Assembly (NCBI GenBank): GCA_051657745.1
Contig: JBOFLG010000044.1
Coordinates: 5,560 to 69,559 of the forward strand
DNA length: 64,000 nt
Reading direction: 5' to 3'
Origin: Dermatophilaceae bacterium
GTDB taxonomy: Bacteria; Actinomycetota; Actinomycetes; Actinomycetales; Dermatophilaceae
Of this stretch, positions 1 to 9,159 are shown one piece after another (positions within the stretch are counted from its first letter, which is position 1; each line of letters opens with the position of its first letter). Under the pieces are notes generated by a model. The model saw only the letters and a list, made by a program, of their open reading frames with translations. It was not told the DNA's origin and searched no databases. Both the position numbers and the translations under genes were made by a program.

Positions 1-1962
1 CTCGGCCAGCTGGTCGGCATCCATCTCGCCGAGCCCTTTGTACCGCTGAATCGGCTTGACCTTCCGGCCCCGTTTGGACAGCGACGCCATGGTGCGCCGC
101 ATCTCGGCCTCGGAGTAGGTATAGACAACCTCGTTGGCCTTCGAGCCCGCGTTCACGACCTCGATGCGATGCAGCGGTGGAACCGCGGCATACACCCGGC
201 CGGCCTCGACCAGTGGGCGCATGTACCGGAAGAACAGGGTGAGCAGCAGCGTCCGGATGTGGGCGCCATCGACGTCAGCATCGGTCATGACAATGACCTT
301 GCCGTACCGCGCCGAGTCGAGGTCGAAGGTGCGGCCCGAGCCGGCCCCGATCACCTGGATGATCGCCGCGCACTCGGCGTTGCCGAGCATGTCGGTCACC
401 GACGCCTTTTGCACGTTGAGGATCTTGCCGCGGATCGGCAGGAGCGCCTGATAGTCGCTGCTGCGGGCCAGTTTGGCGGTGCCGAGCGCGCTGTCGCCCT
501 CGACGATGAACAACTCGGTGCGCTCGACGTCGGTGCTACGGCAGTCGGCGAGTTTCGCGGGCAGGGATGACGACTCCAGCGCGGTCTTGCGCCGTTGGGT
601 TTCCTTGTGCAGACGTGCGCTGATCCGCGACTTCATCTCGGCGGTGACCTTCTCGAGCAGCAGTGCCGCCTGCTGCTTTTCCCCGCGCTTGGTCGAGACG
701 AGCCGGGCGGTGAGTTCCTTCTCGACCACTCGGGCCGCAATCGCGCGGACCGCGGCGGTGCCCAGCACCTCCTTGGTCTGGCCTTCAAACTGGGGCTCGG
801 CGAGCCGCACGGTGATCACGGCGGTCAGGCCGGCGAGCACGTCATCCTTCTCGACCTTGTCGGAACCGATCTTCAACTTGCGCGCGTTCGCGGCGAGTTG
901 GGTTCGGAGCACCTTGAGGAGGGCCTGCTCGACACCAGCCAGGTGGGTGCCACCCTTCGGGGTGGCGATGATGTTGACGAAACTGCGCACGGTGGCGTCA
1001 TAGCCGCTTCCCCACCGGAGGGCGACGTCGACCACGCACTCACGGTCGACAGCGGTTGGCGTCATGTGGCCGTTACCGTCGAGCACCGGCACCGTCTCGG
1101 TGAACATACCGCTGCCCTCCAGACGCCAGACGTCGGTCAGCGCGGAGTCCGGTGCGAGGAACTCCGCGAACTCGGCGATCCCACCGTCGTGGAGAAAGAC
1201 CTCCTCGACAGGCTCCTCGCCCCGCTCGTCACGGATGACGATCCGCAGCCCCGGGACCAGGAACGAGGTTTGCCGGGCGCGCGCCGCGAGCCCCTCGAGG
1301 TCAACTGCGGCGTCGCGCAGAAAGATCTGCGAATCGGCCCAGTAGCGCACCCGAGTCCCGGTGACGCCCCGCTTCGCCCGGCCGACCACGTCGAGTTCGC
1401 TGTTGTCGGTGAAGGGGGTGAACTGGTGCGCCGGGTTCTTCGCCTCTGCCGCGCCAGCGACATCAGCGAACCTCCCTGGTTCGCCGCGCCGGAAACTCAT
1501 TGCGTAGGTGCGGCCGCCACGGTCGACCTCGACATCAAGACGGGCCGAGAGCGCATTGACAACCGACGCACCGACGCCGTGCAGGCCGCCGGATGCCGTA
1601 TAGGACCCGCTGCCGAACTTCCCGCCGGCATGCAGCCGGGTGTATACGAGCTCGACGCCGGTGAGGCCGGTGCGCGGCTCGATATCGACTGGGACACCTC
1701 GGCCGTTGTCGCGCACCTCGATCGAACCATCACGGTGCAGCACCACCTCGACCGAGTCGCAGTGACCACCCAGCGCCTCGTCGACCGCGTTGTCGATGAT
1801 CTCCCACAGGCAGTGCATCAGGCCACGAGAGTCGGTGGAGCCGATGTACATGCCGGGGCGCTTGCGAACCGCCTCGAGCCCTTCGAGCACCTGGAGGTGA
1901 TGGGCGGTGTAGGCGGAAGCGGACTTACTGGTCGCGGTCTGCTTGGCAGCGGTCGTCGGCAC
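1..1962 (-). CDS. Type IIA DNA topoisomerase subunit B (GyrB/ParE family); 3' end lies outside the window
   Basis: Minus-strand frame is open from GTG at 1962 to base 1 (absent from the ORF track because there is no stop in the window). N-terminus reads AYTAHHLQVLEGLEAVRKRPGMYIGSTDSRGLMHCLWEIIDNAVDE. The window edge reads VKPIQRYKGLGEMDADQLAE. Both are GyrB/ParE signatures. Confidence 0.9.
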   Translation of the reverse strand, partial: MPTTAAKQTATSKSASAYTAHHLQVLEGLEAVRKRPGMYIGSTDSRGLMHCLWEIIDNAVDEALGGHCDSVEVVLHRDGSIEVRDNGRGVPVDIEPRTGLTGVELVYTRLHAGGKFGSGSYTASGGLHGVGASVVNALSARLDVEVDRGGRTYAMSFRRGEPGRFADVAGAAEAKNPAHQFTPFTDNSELDVVGRAKRGVTGTRVRYWADSQIFLRDAAVDLEGLAARARQTSFLVPGLRIVIRDERGEEPVEEVFLHDGGIAEFAEFLAPDSALTDVWRLEGSGMFTETVPVLDGNGHMTPTAVDRECVVDVALRWGSGYDATVRSFVNIIATPKGGTHLAGVEQALLKVLRTQLAANARKLKIGSDKVEKDDVLAGLTAVITVRLAEPQFEGQTKEVLGTAAVRAIAARVVEKELTARLVSTKRGEKQQAALLLEKVTAEMKSRISARLHKETQRRKTALESSSLPAKLADCRSTDVERTELFIVEGDSALGTAKLARSSDYQALLPIRGKILNVQKASVTDMLGNAECAAIIQVIGAGSGRTFDLDSARYGKVIVMTDADVDGAHIRTLLLTLFFRYMRPLVEAGRVYAAVPPLHRIEVVNAGSKANEVVYTYSEAEMRRTMASLSKRGRKVKPIQRYKGLGEMDADQLAE

Positions 1963-2212
1963 GTCAGGAGGGTAGCCGCCAGCCCTGACCGCAATCGACA
2001 GGCGCACCGCGCCGTGCGGATGACGACGCCGTGCCCGAACAGGTCGCGAAACTCGCCCGGCCGGGCGGAGATTCGGATACGACCGACGCCACGTCAGGGG
2101 CCCTGCGTTACGGGAACGACTCGACATGCTTGACTGTTGGACAGGTGCCGCCCGTCAGTCACGGGCGGCGCTGACGATTCAACGCCCGACGCAGCGAGCC
2201 GAGGAGGCCGAC

Positions 2213-2428
2213 GTGAATGCCGCACTGGCACCTACCCTCACCACCATGGACCGCTGTGACCGCTGCGGCGCGCAGGCATATGTGCGCGCCACGCTGCACG
2301 GTGGTGGCGAGTTGCTCTTCTGCGCCCACCACGGTCGCGAGCACATCCCCGCTCTGGTGGGGGTCGCCGACATCCACGACGAGAGCGAGAAGTTGCTCGA
2401 GCCGCCCACCGGCGGCGCCGCCGTCTGA
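2213..2428 (+). CDS. Small Cys/His zinc-ribbon-like protein (DUF7455-like, conserved in actinobacteria)
   Basis: GAGGAGG at 2201-2207 followed by GTG at 2213. Motifs MDRCDRCGAQAYV ... LLFCAHHGREH. Shortened from track ORF 2126..2428. Confidence 0.6.
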   Translation: MNAALAPTLTTMDRCDRCGAQAYVRATLHGGGELLFCAHHGREHIPALVGVADIHDESEKLLEPPTGGAAV

Positions 2429-2434
2429 CCCGCG

Positions 2435-2929
2435 GTGAACGGTATCTCTGACGACCTGTGGTCGGTCATCCCCGCATTGCTTATCACGGTGGGGCTCATT
2501 GGGATCGTGGTGCCCCTCCTGCCTGGGATGCTGTTGATCCTCGCCGGGGTTCTCGTCTTCGCGGTGGCCGAGAGTTCGACCACCGGGTGGGTGGTATTCG
2601 GCATCAGCGTCGTCATCGCTGGCGCGGGGTGGGTGTTGCAGTACTTGATTCCTGGCCGGCGGATGCGTGAGCGCGGGATCAGCACCGGCACGCTCCTGCT
2701 GGCCGTGGCGCTCGCCGTCGTGGGGTTCTTCGTCATCCCGGTGATCGGTGCCCTCGTCGGATTCGTCGCTGGGATCTATGTCATCGAACTCAGCCGCGGT
2801 CGCGACACCCGTCACGCGTGGGAGCGGACCAGACATGCGGCGGTAGCGGTAGGCCAAAGCATCGGCATCGAGCTGGTCGCTGGGTTCATCATCGTGGGGC
2901 TGTATGTCGCCGGGGTCATTATCAGTTGA
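2435..2929 (+). CDS. DUF456-family small membrane protein
   Basis: 164 aa with about four hydrophobic helices. N-terminal LLITVGLIGIVVPLLPGMLLILAGVLVFAV is typical of DUF456. Confidence 0.65.
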   Translation: MNGISDDLWSVIPALLITVGLIGIVVPLLPGMLLILAGVLVFAVAESSTTGWVVFGISVVIAGAGWVLQYLIPGRRMRERGISTGTLLLAVALAVVGFFVIPVIGALVGFVAGIYVIELSRGRDTRHAWERTRHAAVAVGQSIGIELVAGFIIVGLYVAGVIIS

Positions 2930-3037
2930 CGCGATCAGGGCGTCTGCGACACCCACCGCGTGTGCCCGCTGATGACGGCACCGCCGGGTGCGCCGTCACG
3001 TCACGCTCACGGTGTCGGCCCATGCTGTGGCGAGATG

Positions 3038-3424
3038 TCACCACTTGTTCTGGCGACGCTCCCAGCGCTCGTCCAGCTTGTCCATGAAGGACCGCTGGCC
3101 CTTACGGCGAGAGCCACCGGTACTGGCCGGCATACCGTCGGGGCGAACAGCAGCGAGACGGGAACGGCGCGGCGGGGTGACCGCGAAGACTACCGAGGCA
3201 ACCATGACCGCGAACCCGGCGGCCCCCACCCACATCGTGCTGTTTACCCCACCCAGCACCAGACCGAAACCGGCGAGTACGCCAACGCCCCCGACGAGCC
3301 ACCGTCGGCGTTGCAGGGAAGCCAACCTGCTGCCCTGCATCTGCGAGGCGAACTTCGGATCCTCAGCGGCGAGCGCCTGCTCCATCTGGTCGAGCATGCG
3401 CTGTTCGTGGTCGGAGAGGGGCAC
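3038..3424 (-). CDS. DUF3040 domain membrane protein
   Basis: N-terminus MPLSDHEQRMLDQMEQALAAEDPKFA followed by two TM helices, the characteristic DUF3040 architecture. Confidence 0.8.
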   Translation of the reverse strand: MPLSDHEQRMLDQMEQALAAEDPKFASQMQGSRLASLQRRRWLVGGVGVLAGFGLVLGGVNSTMWVGAAGFAVMVASVVFAVTPPRRSRLAAVRPDGMPASTGGSRRKGQRSFMDKLDERWERRQNKW

Positions 3425-3483
3425 GGATCCTCCCGTGGTTGGCGGCGTCCCGGCCGGACACCTTTCGCAAAGTCCCTGAGGTA

Positions 3484-4743
3484 TCAGGATAGGCGGCGTG
3501 ATGCCCGCGCGGTAGGCGGAGTGTCAGGTTGCACGAGAGTCGCGGGCTGCACTGACCCCGAGCCGAATCTGGCCCGCGCCAGGTCGGCGGCGCGGTCGGC
3601 GTCGCGCCAGCCGCGCTCTGGCTCACCGAGAACGCCCTGGATCGGTGCCGTCTCGCGTGGGAGCAGTTTGTCGGCGCGCACTCCGACAAGCCGGATCCGG
3701 GCCCGGCCGAGAGCCAGCGCCTCGAGCAGCCCCGCCGCGGCCCGATAAAGATCTTGCCCGTTGTCGGTGTGCTCGCCGAGGGTTCTCGAGCGGGTGATGG
3801 TCGTGAAGTCGCTGAACCGGACCTTGAGGGTGACGGAGCGGCCGGTGAGCCCGGCGGAGCGCATCCGCCTCGCAGTGCGGTCGCTCACCGCGAGGAGGCG
3901 GCGACGAATCTCGACCGGGTCCTCGAGGTCGACCGGAAAGGTCTCGTCGCTCCCGATGCTTTTCTCCCGGTGCTGGTGCTCCACCGACCGTGGGTCGCGA
4001 GCCCACGCCAGCTCGTGGAGACGTCGGCCGGCGGCCTCGCCGACCGCCTGGGTAAGGATCTCCAGCGGCACTTCGGCAAGGTCTGCGACGGTCTGCAGGC
4101 CCAGCCCCAGCAGGGCCTGCTCCGTGCGATCTCCCACGCCCCAGAGCGCGGCGACCGGAAGCTGCTGTACGAACGTCACCGCCTCGGCGGGAGGCACCAC
4201 CACCATGCCGTCGGGTTTGGCCAGCCCGGAGGCCAACTTGGCGATGAACTTGGTCGACCCGACCCCCACCGAGCAGGTGATGCCTTGGCTGTCGTGCACG
4301 GTCTCGCGGATCATCGCTCCGATGGCGCTCGGTGTACCGAGCCGGCGGACCGCGCCGGACACGTCCAAAAACGCTTCGTCCAGCGAGAGCGGCTCGACCA
4401 CTGGTGTGATCGAACGGAATATCTCCATGACCGCAGTGGAGATCTCCCCATAGAGCCGGTGATCCGGCGGGAGCACCGTAGCCCGTGGGCAGAGCCGACG
4501 GGCCCGCGCCATCGGCATCGCCGACGTGACACCGTGCCGGCGCGCCTCGTAGGTGGCCGACAACACCACCCCCCGACCACTGCTCCCGCCGATGATCACC
4601 GGGGTGCCAGCAAGGTCGGGGTACGAGAGCAGCGTCGCGGAGGCGTAAAACGCATCCATGTCGACATGCAGCACCGTGCAACCGGTGTCGTCGAGCTGGC
4701 CGACGCGTGACCGCTCCGGAAGCGCGAACTGGCGGCGGCTCAT
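3484..4743 (-). CDS. dinB: DNA polymerase IV (Y-family)
   Basis: VLHVDMDAFYASATLL, PVIIGG, SLDEAFLDV, SVGVGSTKFIAKLASGLAKPDG: Y-family polymerase motifs. 419 aa. Confidence 0.9.
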   Translation of the reverse strand: MSRRQFALPERSRVGQLDDTGCTVLHVDMDAFYASATLLSYPDLAGTPVIIGGSSGRGVVLSATYEARRHGVTSAMPMARARRLCPRATVLPPDHRLYGEISTAVMEIFRSITPVVEPLSLDEAFLDVSGAVRRLGTPSAIGAMIRETVHDSQGITCSVGVGSTKFIAKLASGLAKPDGMVVVPPAEAVTFVQQLPVAALWGVGDRTEQALLGLGLQTVADLAEVPLEILTQAVGEAAGRRLHELAWARDPRSVEHQHREKSIGSDETFPVDLEDPVEIRRRLLAVSDRTARRMRSAGLTGRSVTLKVRFSDFTTITRSRTLGEHTDNGQDLYRAAAGLLEALALGRARIRLVGVRADKLLPRETAPIQGVLGEPERGWRDADRAADLARARFGSGSVQPATLVQPDTPPTARASRRLS

Positions 4744-4758
4744 CGGCGGGAGCGCCAG

Positions 4759-5553
4759 TCAGTGGCGAGTCGCCAGGACGTGCAGGACGCTGCCGAGTGC
4801 TCCAAGTGGGCTGCCCGGGTGCCGGACGGCGGCATCCTCCAGCGCCAGCAGAGCGACTCGGCCAGGATCCGTGTCGATGAGCACCGACGGGACGAGATCG
4901 GCGAAGACCCGGACACCGTGCGCGTCACTGGGAACGAAACCCCGTGTTCTCAGCATTTCCAGCACGGTGGTCTCGTCATACCGACGTGGCGCGGGGTCGT
5001 CATCACCCCATCTGCCGTCGGGGCGCTCGAGCACGGCACGGGCTCGGTCGAATTCGCCAGCCAGAGCGCGAGCGAGTACGGCATGCAGCCGCTGGGCGAC
5101 CACGAGCGAGAGCACCCCACCAGGGCTAAGCACCGCCGCGATGTTCTCGAGCGCGGCATCAGCATCGTCGACCATCTCGAGCGCGCCGTGCAGGCACACG
5201 AGGTCGAACTCGGGCCGAGCGGCCGAGCGAAGCTGGCCGACCGTGTCGGTGTCACCTTGGAGAGCGTGCACTCGGGAGGTGACTCCGGATTCGCCGGCTC
5301 GCCGACGGAGCGCGGCAAGAGCGTCTGGACTCGGGTCGACGACGGTGACGTCGTGACCGGAGACGGCCAGTGGAACGGCGGTTCCGCCGGTTCCTCCGCC
5401 GACGTCGAGAACCCGAAGGTCACGTCCGATCTCGCTCCGACGCCGTGCCGCCCATTCATCGACGACACTGTGGACGGCCGCCGCACGCCACCCGGCACGT
5501 GGAATGTACGTGCGCTCGTCAGACACGGCCGGCTCCTCCAGTCGATGTGGCAC
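4759..5553 (-). CDS. Class I SAM-dependent methyltransferase
   Basis: Motif I VLDVGGGTGGTAVPLA and post-I VTVVDPS. 264 aa. Lies 15 nt upstream of dinB on the same strand. Confidence 0.8.
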   Translation of the reverse strand: MPHRLEEPAVSDERTYIPRAGWRAAAVHSVVDEWAARRRSEIGRDLRVLDVGGGTGGTAVPLAVSGHDVTVVDPSPDALAALRRRAGESGVTSRVHALQGDTDTVGQLRSAARPEFDLVCLHGALEMVDDADAALENIAAVLSPGGVLSLVVAQRLHAVLARALAGEFDRARAVLERPDGRWGDDDPAPRRYDETTVLEMLRTRGFVPSDAHGVRVFADLVPSVLIDTDPGRVALLALEDAAVRHPGSPLGALGSVLHVLATRH

Positions 5554-5635
5554 TCACGACGACAGGGCGCCACCTCACCCAGCATGCCCTGCCAGCACGC
5601 CCACCCTAGTCTCCCGAGGGCGTGGCCCCGCCGGG

Positions 5636-6061
5636 TCACGCGGATCGTGCCGGGGCCAGCCGGCGCTCCAGGCGGGCGCTCGGCACACCGAGACGGGCGG
5701 CCGCAAGGTCGACGAAAACCTCAGCGTCTCGGAGCAGGTCATCAGCCTCGCGGGGCCCCACGCGCAGATCACCGGACTCGATCGCCACTCGGCGTCCAGT
5801 CACCACGGCGAACCGTTGGGACCACTCGGCGAGATCGGGGGCCACAGTCGCGGCAAGGAACCACACATCATGCGGGCCGGATCCGACCGTCAGCGGCAGC
5901 GCAGGTCGTGACGGAGTGCCGGCGACCAGTGCCGCAGCGCCTCGCAGCGCGGCAAGAGAGGCGGCGAGATACCGCCGGGATGCGGCGGTGGCGGTGTAGC
6001 CCGCCAGGATGGCCTCGCGGGCGCGGTCGAGGAGATCGAGCGTGGCCGAAGCGGACGTCAT
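5636..6061 (-). CDS. SAV_6107-family HEPN-domain protein (uncharacterised)
   Basis: Helical protein reading LLDRAREAILAG...RYLAASLAALRGAAALV. The start at ATG 6061 was chosen because GGAGG lies about 11 nt upstream. The track ORF starts at 6088. Confidence 0.55.
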   Translation of the reverse strand: MTSASATLDLLDRAREAILAGYTATAASRRYLAASLAALRGAAALVAGTPSRPALPLTVGSGPHDVWFLAATVAPDLAEWSQRFAVVTGRRVAIESGDLRVGPREADDLLRDAEVFVDLAAARLGVPSARLERRLAPARSA

Positions 6062-6090
6062 GGCGGTGGGGCCTCCATACGGTGACATAG

Positions 6091-6106
6091 TCGAACGAAC
6101 GTTCGA
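6091..6106. promoter_or_regulatory. LexA SOS box (TCGAAC-N4-GTTCGA)
   Basis: Exact palindrome TCGAACgaacGTTCGA, the only copy in the window. Lies 30 nt upstream of the HEPN gene ATG. A TACAGT -10-like hexamer on the minus strand at 6120-6115 sits just upstream. Confidence 0.7.
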
Positions 6107-6233
6107 GTGTCTCTACTGTAGCCCGTGCTGCCACCGCGGAGTCACACCGATTCGCCACCTCGAGATAACGGTCCCCGAACGACCACTGGCCACCCGACGC
6201 AGCCCGGTCCCGGTCGTCGCTACGATCCCGAGA

Positions 6234-6752
6234 ATGGACGCTGAATCGGCCAGTTCCACCCCTGACCTGACCTCGCACCCGATGGTCGCTGCGGTCCTTG
6301 CCGCCCTCGCCGTCCACCGCATAGCGCCTCAGGTAACGCACCTTCCGGGAGCCGCTCGCACCGCCGCACAGGCTGCCTCCGCACTCGGCGTCACCTCGGC
6401 CGAGATCGCCAACAGCCTGGTCTTCGCGGCCACCACTCGGGAGGGCACCGTGCGGCCACTGCTTGTTCTGGTGTCCGGTGCCCATCGAGTCGATGTCGAC
6501 CAGGTGGCCGACCTCGAGGGCCTCGTGGCACTCGAGCGTGCCGACCCATCGTTCGTCCGTGAACACACCGGGATGGCGATCGGCGGCGTCGCACCGGTCG
6601 GTCACCCACGGCCGATCCGCACGATCATCGACGTCACACTCGGCAGATACGACCGCGTCTGGGCAGCTGCTGGGCACAGCCATACCGTGTTCGGCACGAC
6701 CTACGACGAGTTGATTCGGGTCACCGGAGGGCACCCGATGGACGTCTCCTGA
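6234..6752 (+). CDS. YbaK/EbsC-family aminoacyl-tRNA deacylase domain protein
   Basis: AAQAASALGVTSAEIANSLVF...LVLVSGAHRVD...IGGVAPVGHP pattern typical of the YbaK/ProX fold. Start moved to ATG 6234 inside track ORF 6009..6752. Confidence 0.7.
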   Translation: MDAESASSTPDLTSHPMVAAVLAALAVHRIAPQVTHLPGAARTAAQAASALGVTSAEIANSLVFAATTREGTVRPLLVLVSGAHRVDVDQVADLEGLVALERADPSFVREHTGMAIGGVAPVGHPRPIRTIIDVTLGRYDRVWAAAGHSHTVFGTTYDELIRVTGGHPMDVS

Positions 6753-6918
6753 CAACGGGTGCCGGCATCCGATGTTCGGTGCGCGGTGCGAACTGAGTAG
6801 CCGCACCCATGTGCGACGCTCGCGGTTCTCGACATCCTGCTACTGCGGTCGCGCCGGCCGCGAGTGCGCAGGATGGAGGGGCGTGCACACCCGGGGCCAG
6901 CGCGACCGACATTACTGA

Positions 6919-6942
6919 CGCCGCCGATGCTCTGGTCGGCGG
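6919..6942 (+). terminator. GC-rich hairpin (8-bp stem GCCGCCGA/TCGGCGGC, 8-nt loop) followed by TTC
   Basis: Seen directly in the 272-nt convergent spacer between the ybaK-like gene and metF. Confidence 0.3.
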
Positions 6943-7024
6943 CTTCAGTGCACGCCCAGGACGGCCGCTGCCCCAGCCGCGCCCACCCCATCGTCAGTGC
7001 AGTCGGGTCACCGGATGCGAACCG

Positions 7025-7954
7025 TCACCTGACGACTGACCGGGAACTCTCCAGGCCGAGGTGATCGAACACCTCGAGGGTGGCCGTCGAGCGATTCATG
7101 GTGATGAAGTGGATGCCGGGCGCTCCCTCATCGAGCATCCGTCGGCCGATTTCAGTGGCGATCTCGACCCCAGCAGCACGCACGGCTGCGGGGTCCGCCT
7201 TCACGTCCTCGAGCCGGGACACCACGGCCGACGGAAGCGGGGTCCCCATCAACTCGGCCATCCGGGTGACTTGCCGGAGGTTCGTCACCGGCATCAGACC
7301 CGGGGTAATCGGCAAGTCTCGACGAGCCGACACCCGGTCGCGAAGACGCAGATAGGACTCTGCGTCGAAGACCATCTGGGTGATGGCGAAGGACGCACCG
7401 GCGTCGGCCTTGCGCACGAGCACCTCGACATCCTGGTCGAGATCGGCACTATCCGGATGGACGTCCGGGAAGGCCGCCACACCCACCGTGAAATCACCAA
7501 GCCCACACACCAACTCAACAAGATCCTCGGCGTGGTCGAGACCATCGGGGTGCGGTGTCCAGGCGCCGCGCACATTGCCCGGCGGGTCGCCTCGCAAGGC
7601 AAGGATGTTGCGAATCCCAGCGGCGGCGTAGTGCCCGACCACCCGTCGCACGTCGGCCACCGATGCGTCCACACAGGTCAAGTGCGCCAGTGGAGTGAGT
7701 GTGGTCTCCTCGGCGATCCGCCCGGTCACTCGCACGGTGCGGTCCTGGGTGGTGCCACCTGCGCCGTAGGTGACCGACACGAAGGCCGGGCGCACCCGTT
7801 CGAGCCGCCGCACGGCATCCCACAACGCAGCTTCGGAGGCGTCGTCCTTGGGCGGGAAGAACTCGAAACTGATCGAGGGAGATGCCGTACTCAAATGCGA
7901 AGGGATCGAGGCCACGAGATGCGCGGGGCGGCCCCCACCGTCCAACCGGTCCAT
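7025..7954 (-). CDS. metF: 5,10-methylenetetrahydrofolate reductase
   Basis: SFEFFPPKDD, VSVTYGAGGTTQDRT, PLAHLTC, LALRGDPP. Start set at ATG 7954 (MDRLDGG); the longer track ORF is an upstream extension. Confidence 0.85.
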   Translation of the reverse strand: MDRLDGGGRPAHLVASIPSHLSTASPSISFEFFPPKDDASEAALWDAVRRLERVRPAFVSVTYGAGGTTQDRTVRVTGRIAEETTLTPLAHLTCVDASVADVRRVVGHYAAAGIRNILALRGDPPGNVRGAWTPHPDGLDHAEDLVELVCGLGDFTVGVAAFPDVHPDSADLDQDVEVLVRKADAGASFAITQMVFDAESYLRLRDRVSARRDLPITPGLMPVTNLRQVTRMAELMGTPLPSAVVSRLEDVKADPAAVRAAGVEIATEIGRRMLDEGAPGIHFITMNRSTATLEVFDHLGLESSRSVVR

Positions 7955-8039
7955 GGCGGTGAGGGTAGCCGAGGCACCGCGCCGTAGGCTCAACGCACCC
8001 GGTACCGCACCGCGCCGCGGCATCAGCGAGGAGGAAGCC

Positions 8040-9122
8040 GTGCCCAGCCCGCTCGACACCGCCAACCTGCGGCGTCGGGTCCAGCAGCAGCTCGACGCCG
8101 AGCTTGCCCGCCAGACCGACGTGCTTGCCGGACTCGGCGACGACATCGACGACCTGCTCGGCGCCATCCGCAGCCTGCTCCAAGGCGGCAAGCGGCTCCG
8201 GGCGGCGTTCCTCTACTGGAGCGCACGCGCGGTGGGCATGCCAGACTCCGATCACCTCGTGCGACTGGCCGGCGCGATGGAGTTGTTTCAGGCTGCGGCA
8301 CTGCTGCACGACGACGTCATGGACGACTCCGATACTCGGCGCGGCGCTCCTGCCGCGCATCGGGCGCTGGCCGCCCGACACGCCGCGCGAGGGTGGGGTG
8401 GAGACGCTGATCGGTTCGGGCTCGCCGGCGCCGTCCTCGCCGGCAACTTGTGCCTCGGCTGGTGCGACGAGATGTGGTGGACCAGCGGGCTGCCAACCAC
8501 CGAACTCGACCGTGCCCGACCGCTGTTCGACCACATGCGCACCCAGCTGATGGGTGGACAGTTTCTCGATGTCGTGGAGTCGATGCGGCCGTGGGACGAC
8601 CTTCCTGACCGCGAACGGATCGCCCGGGCACACCGGGTGCTGACCTACAAGAGCGCCAAGTACACGGTCGAGCACCCCGTGCTCATCGGCGCCCTTGTGG
8701 GCGGGGCGGATGACGCTACCCGCGCCGCGCTGGCGGCCTACGGCTTAGACCTCGGTCGGGCATTCCAGCTGCGTGACGATCTGCTGGGTGTGTTCGGTGA
8801 CCCGGAGCAGAGCGGCAAGCCAGCCGGGGACGACCTGCGCGAGGGCAAGCGGACGGTGCTGCTCGCTCACGCCCTGGCCGGTACCGACCCGAACGGGCGC
8901 GCCGCACTCGAACGCTGCGTCGGCGACCCGGCCCTGACCGCAGGCGAGGTCACGCTGCTCCGCGATGTGATCCGCCGGGCGGGAGCGGTCGATCAGGTGG
9001 AGTCCGAGATCGCAACCCTCGCGCTGTCGGCGCGGGAGGCGCTGGACATCGCCGGCCTGGTGCCCGAGGCGCACGGCGTGTTGCGCGCCCTCATCGATTC
9101 GGCGACGGCTCGCTCGGCGTGA
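8040..9122 (+). CDS. Polyprenyl diphosphate synthase (trans-isoprenyl, GGPP/longer-chain type)
   Basis: First Asp-rich motif LLHDDVMDDSDTRRG and second FQLRDDLLGVFG. GAGGAGGA at 8029-8036 precedes GTG 8040. Confidence 0.85.
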   Translation: MPSPLDTANLRRRVQQQLDAELARQTDVLAGLGDDIDDLLGAIRSLLQGGKRLRAAFLYWSARAVGMPDSDHLVRLAGAMELFQAAALLHDDVMDDSDTRRGAPAAHRALAARHAARGWGGDADRFGLAGAVLAGNLCLGWCDEMWWTSGLPTTELDRARPLFDHMRTQLMGGQFLDVVESMRPWDDLPDRERIARAHRVLTYKSAKYTVEHPVLIGALVGGADDATRAALAAYGLDLGRAFQLRDDLLGVFGDPEQSGKPAGDDLREGKRTVLLAHALAGTDPNGRAALERCVGDPALTAGEVTLLRDVIRRAGAVDQVESEIATLALSAREALDIAGLVPEAHGVLRALIDSATARSA

Positions 9123-9159
9123 GCCGAGTCTCGGTGCGGCCCCAGGCCACCGCCAACGG

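Noticed and set aside
595-2133. 512-aa plus-strand ORF
   Set aside because: It is antisense to the GyrB/ParE-family gene, whose motifs read clearly on the minus strand. No recognisable motifs.
6809-7039. 76-aa ORF in the ybaK-metF spacer as a real small gene
   Set aside because: Third-codon positions are not GC-enriched, unlike every confident gene here. It has no SD and no motif, and it runs into the metF 3' end. It is kept only as part of the spacer observation.
7955-8039. SAM riboswitch upstream of metF
   Set aside because: The spacer is only about 85 nt and is shared with the divergent polyprenyl synthase gene. I could not see SAM-I/SAM-IV conserved cores in it.
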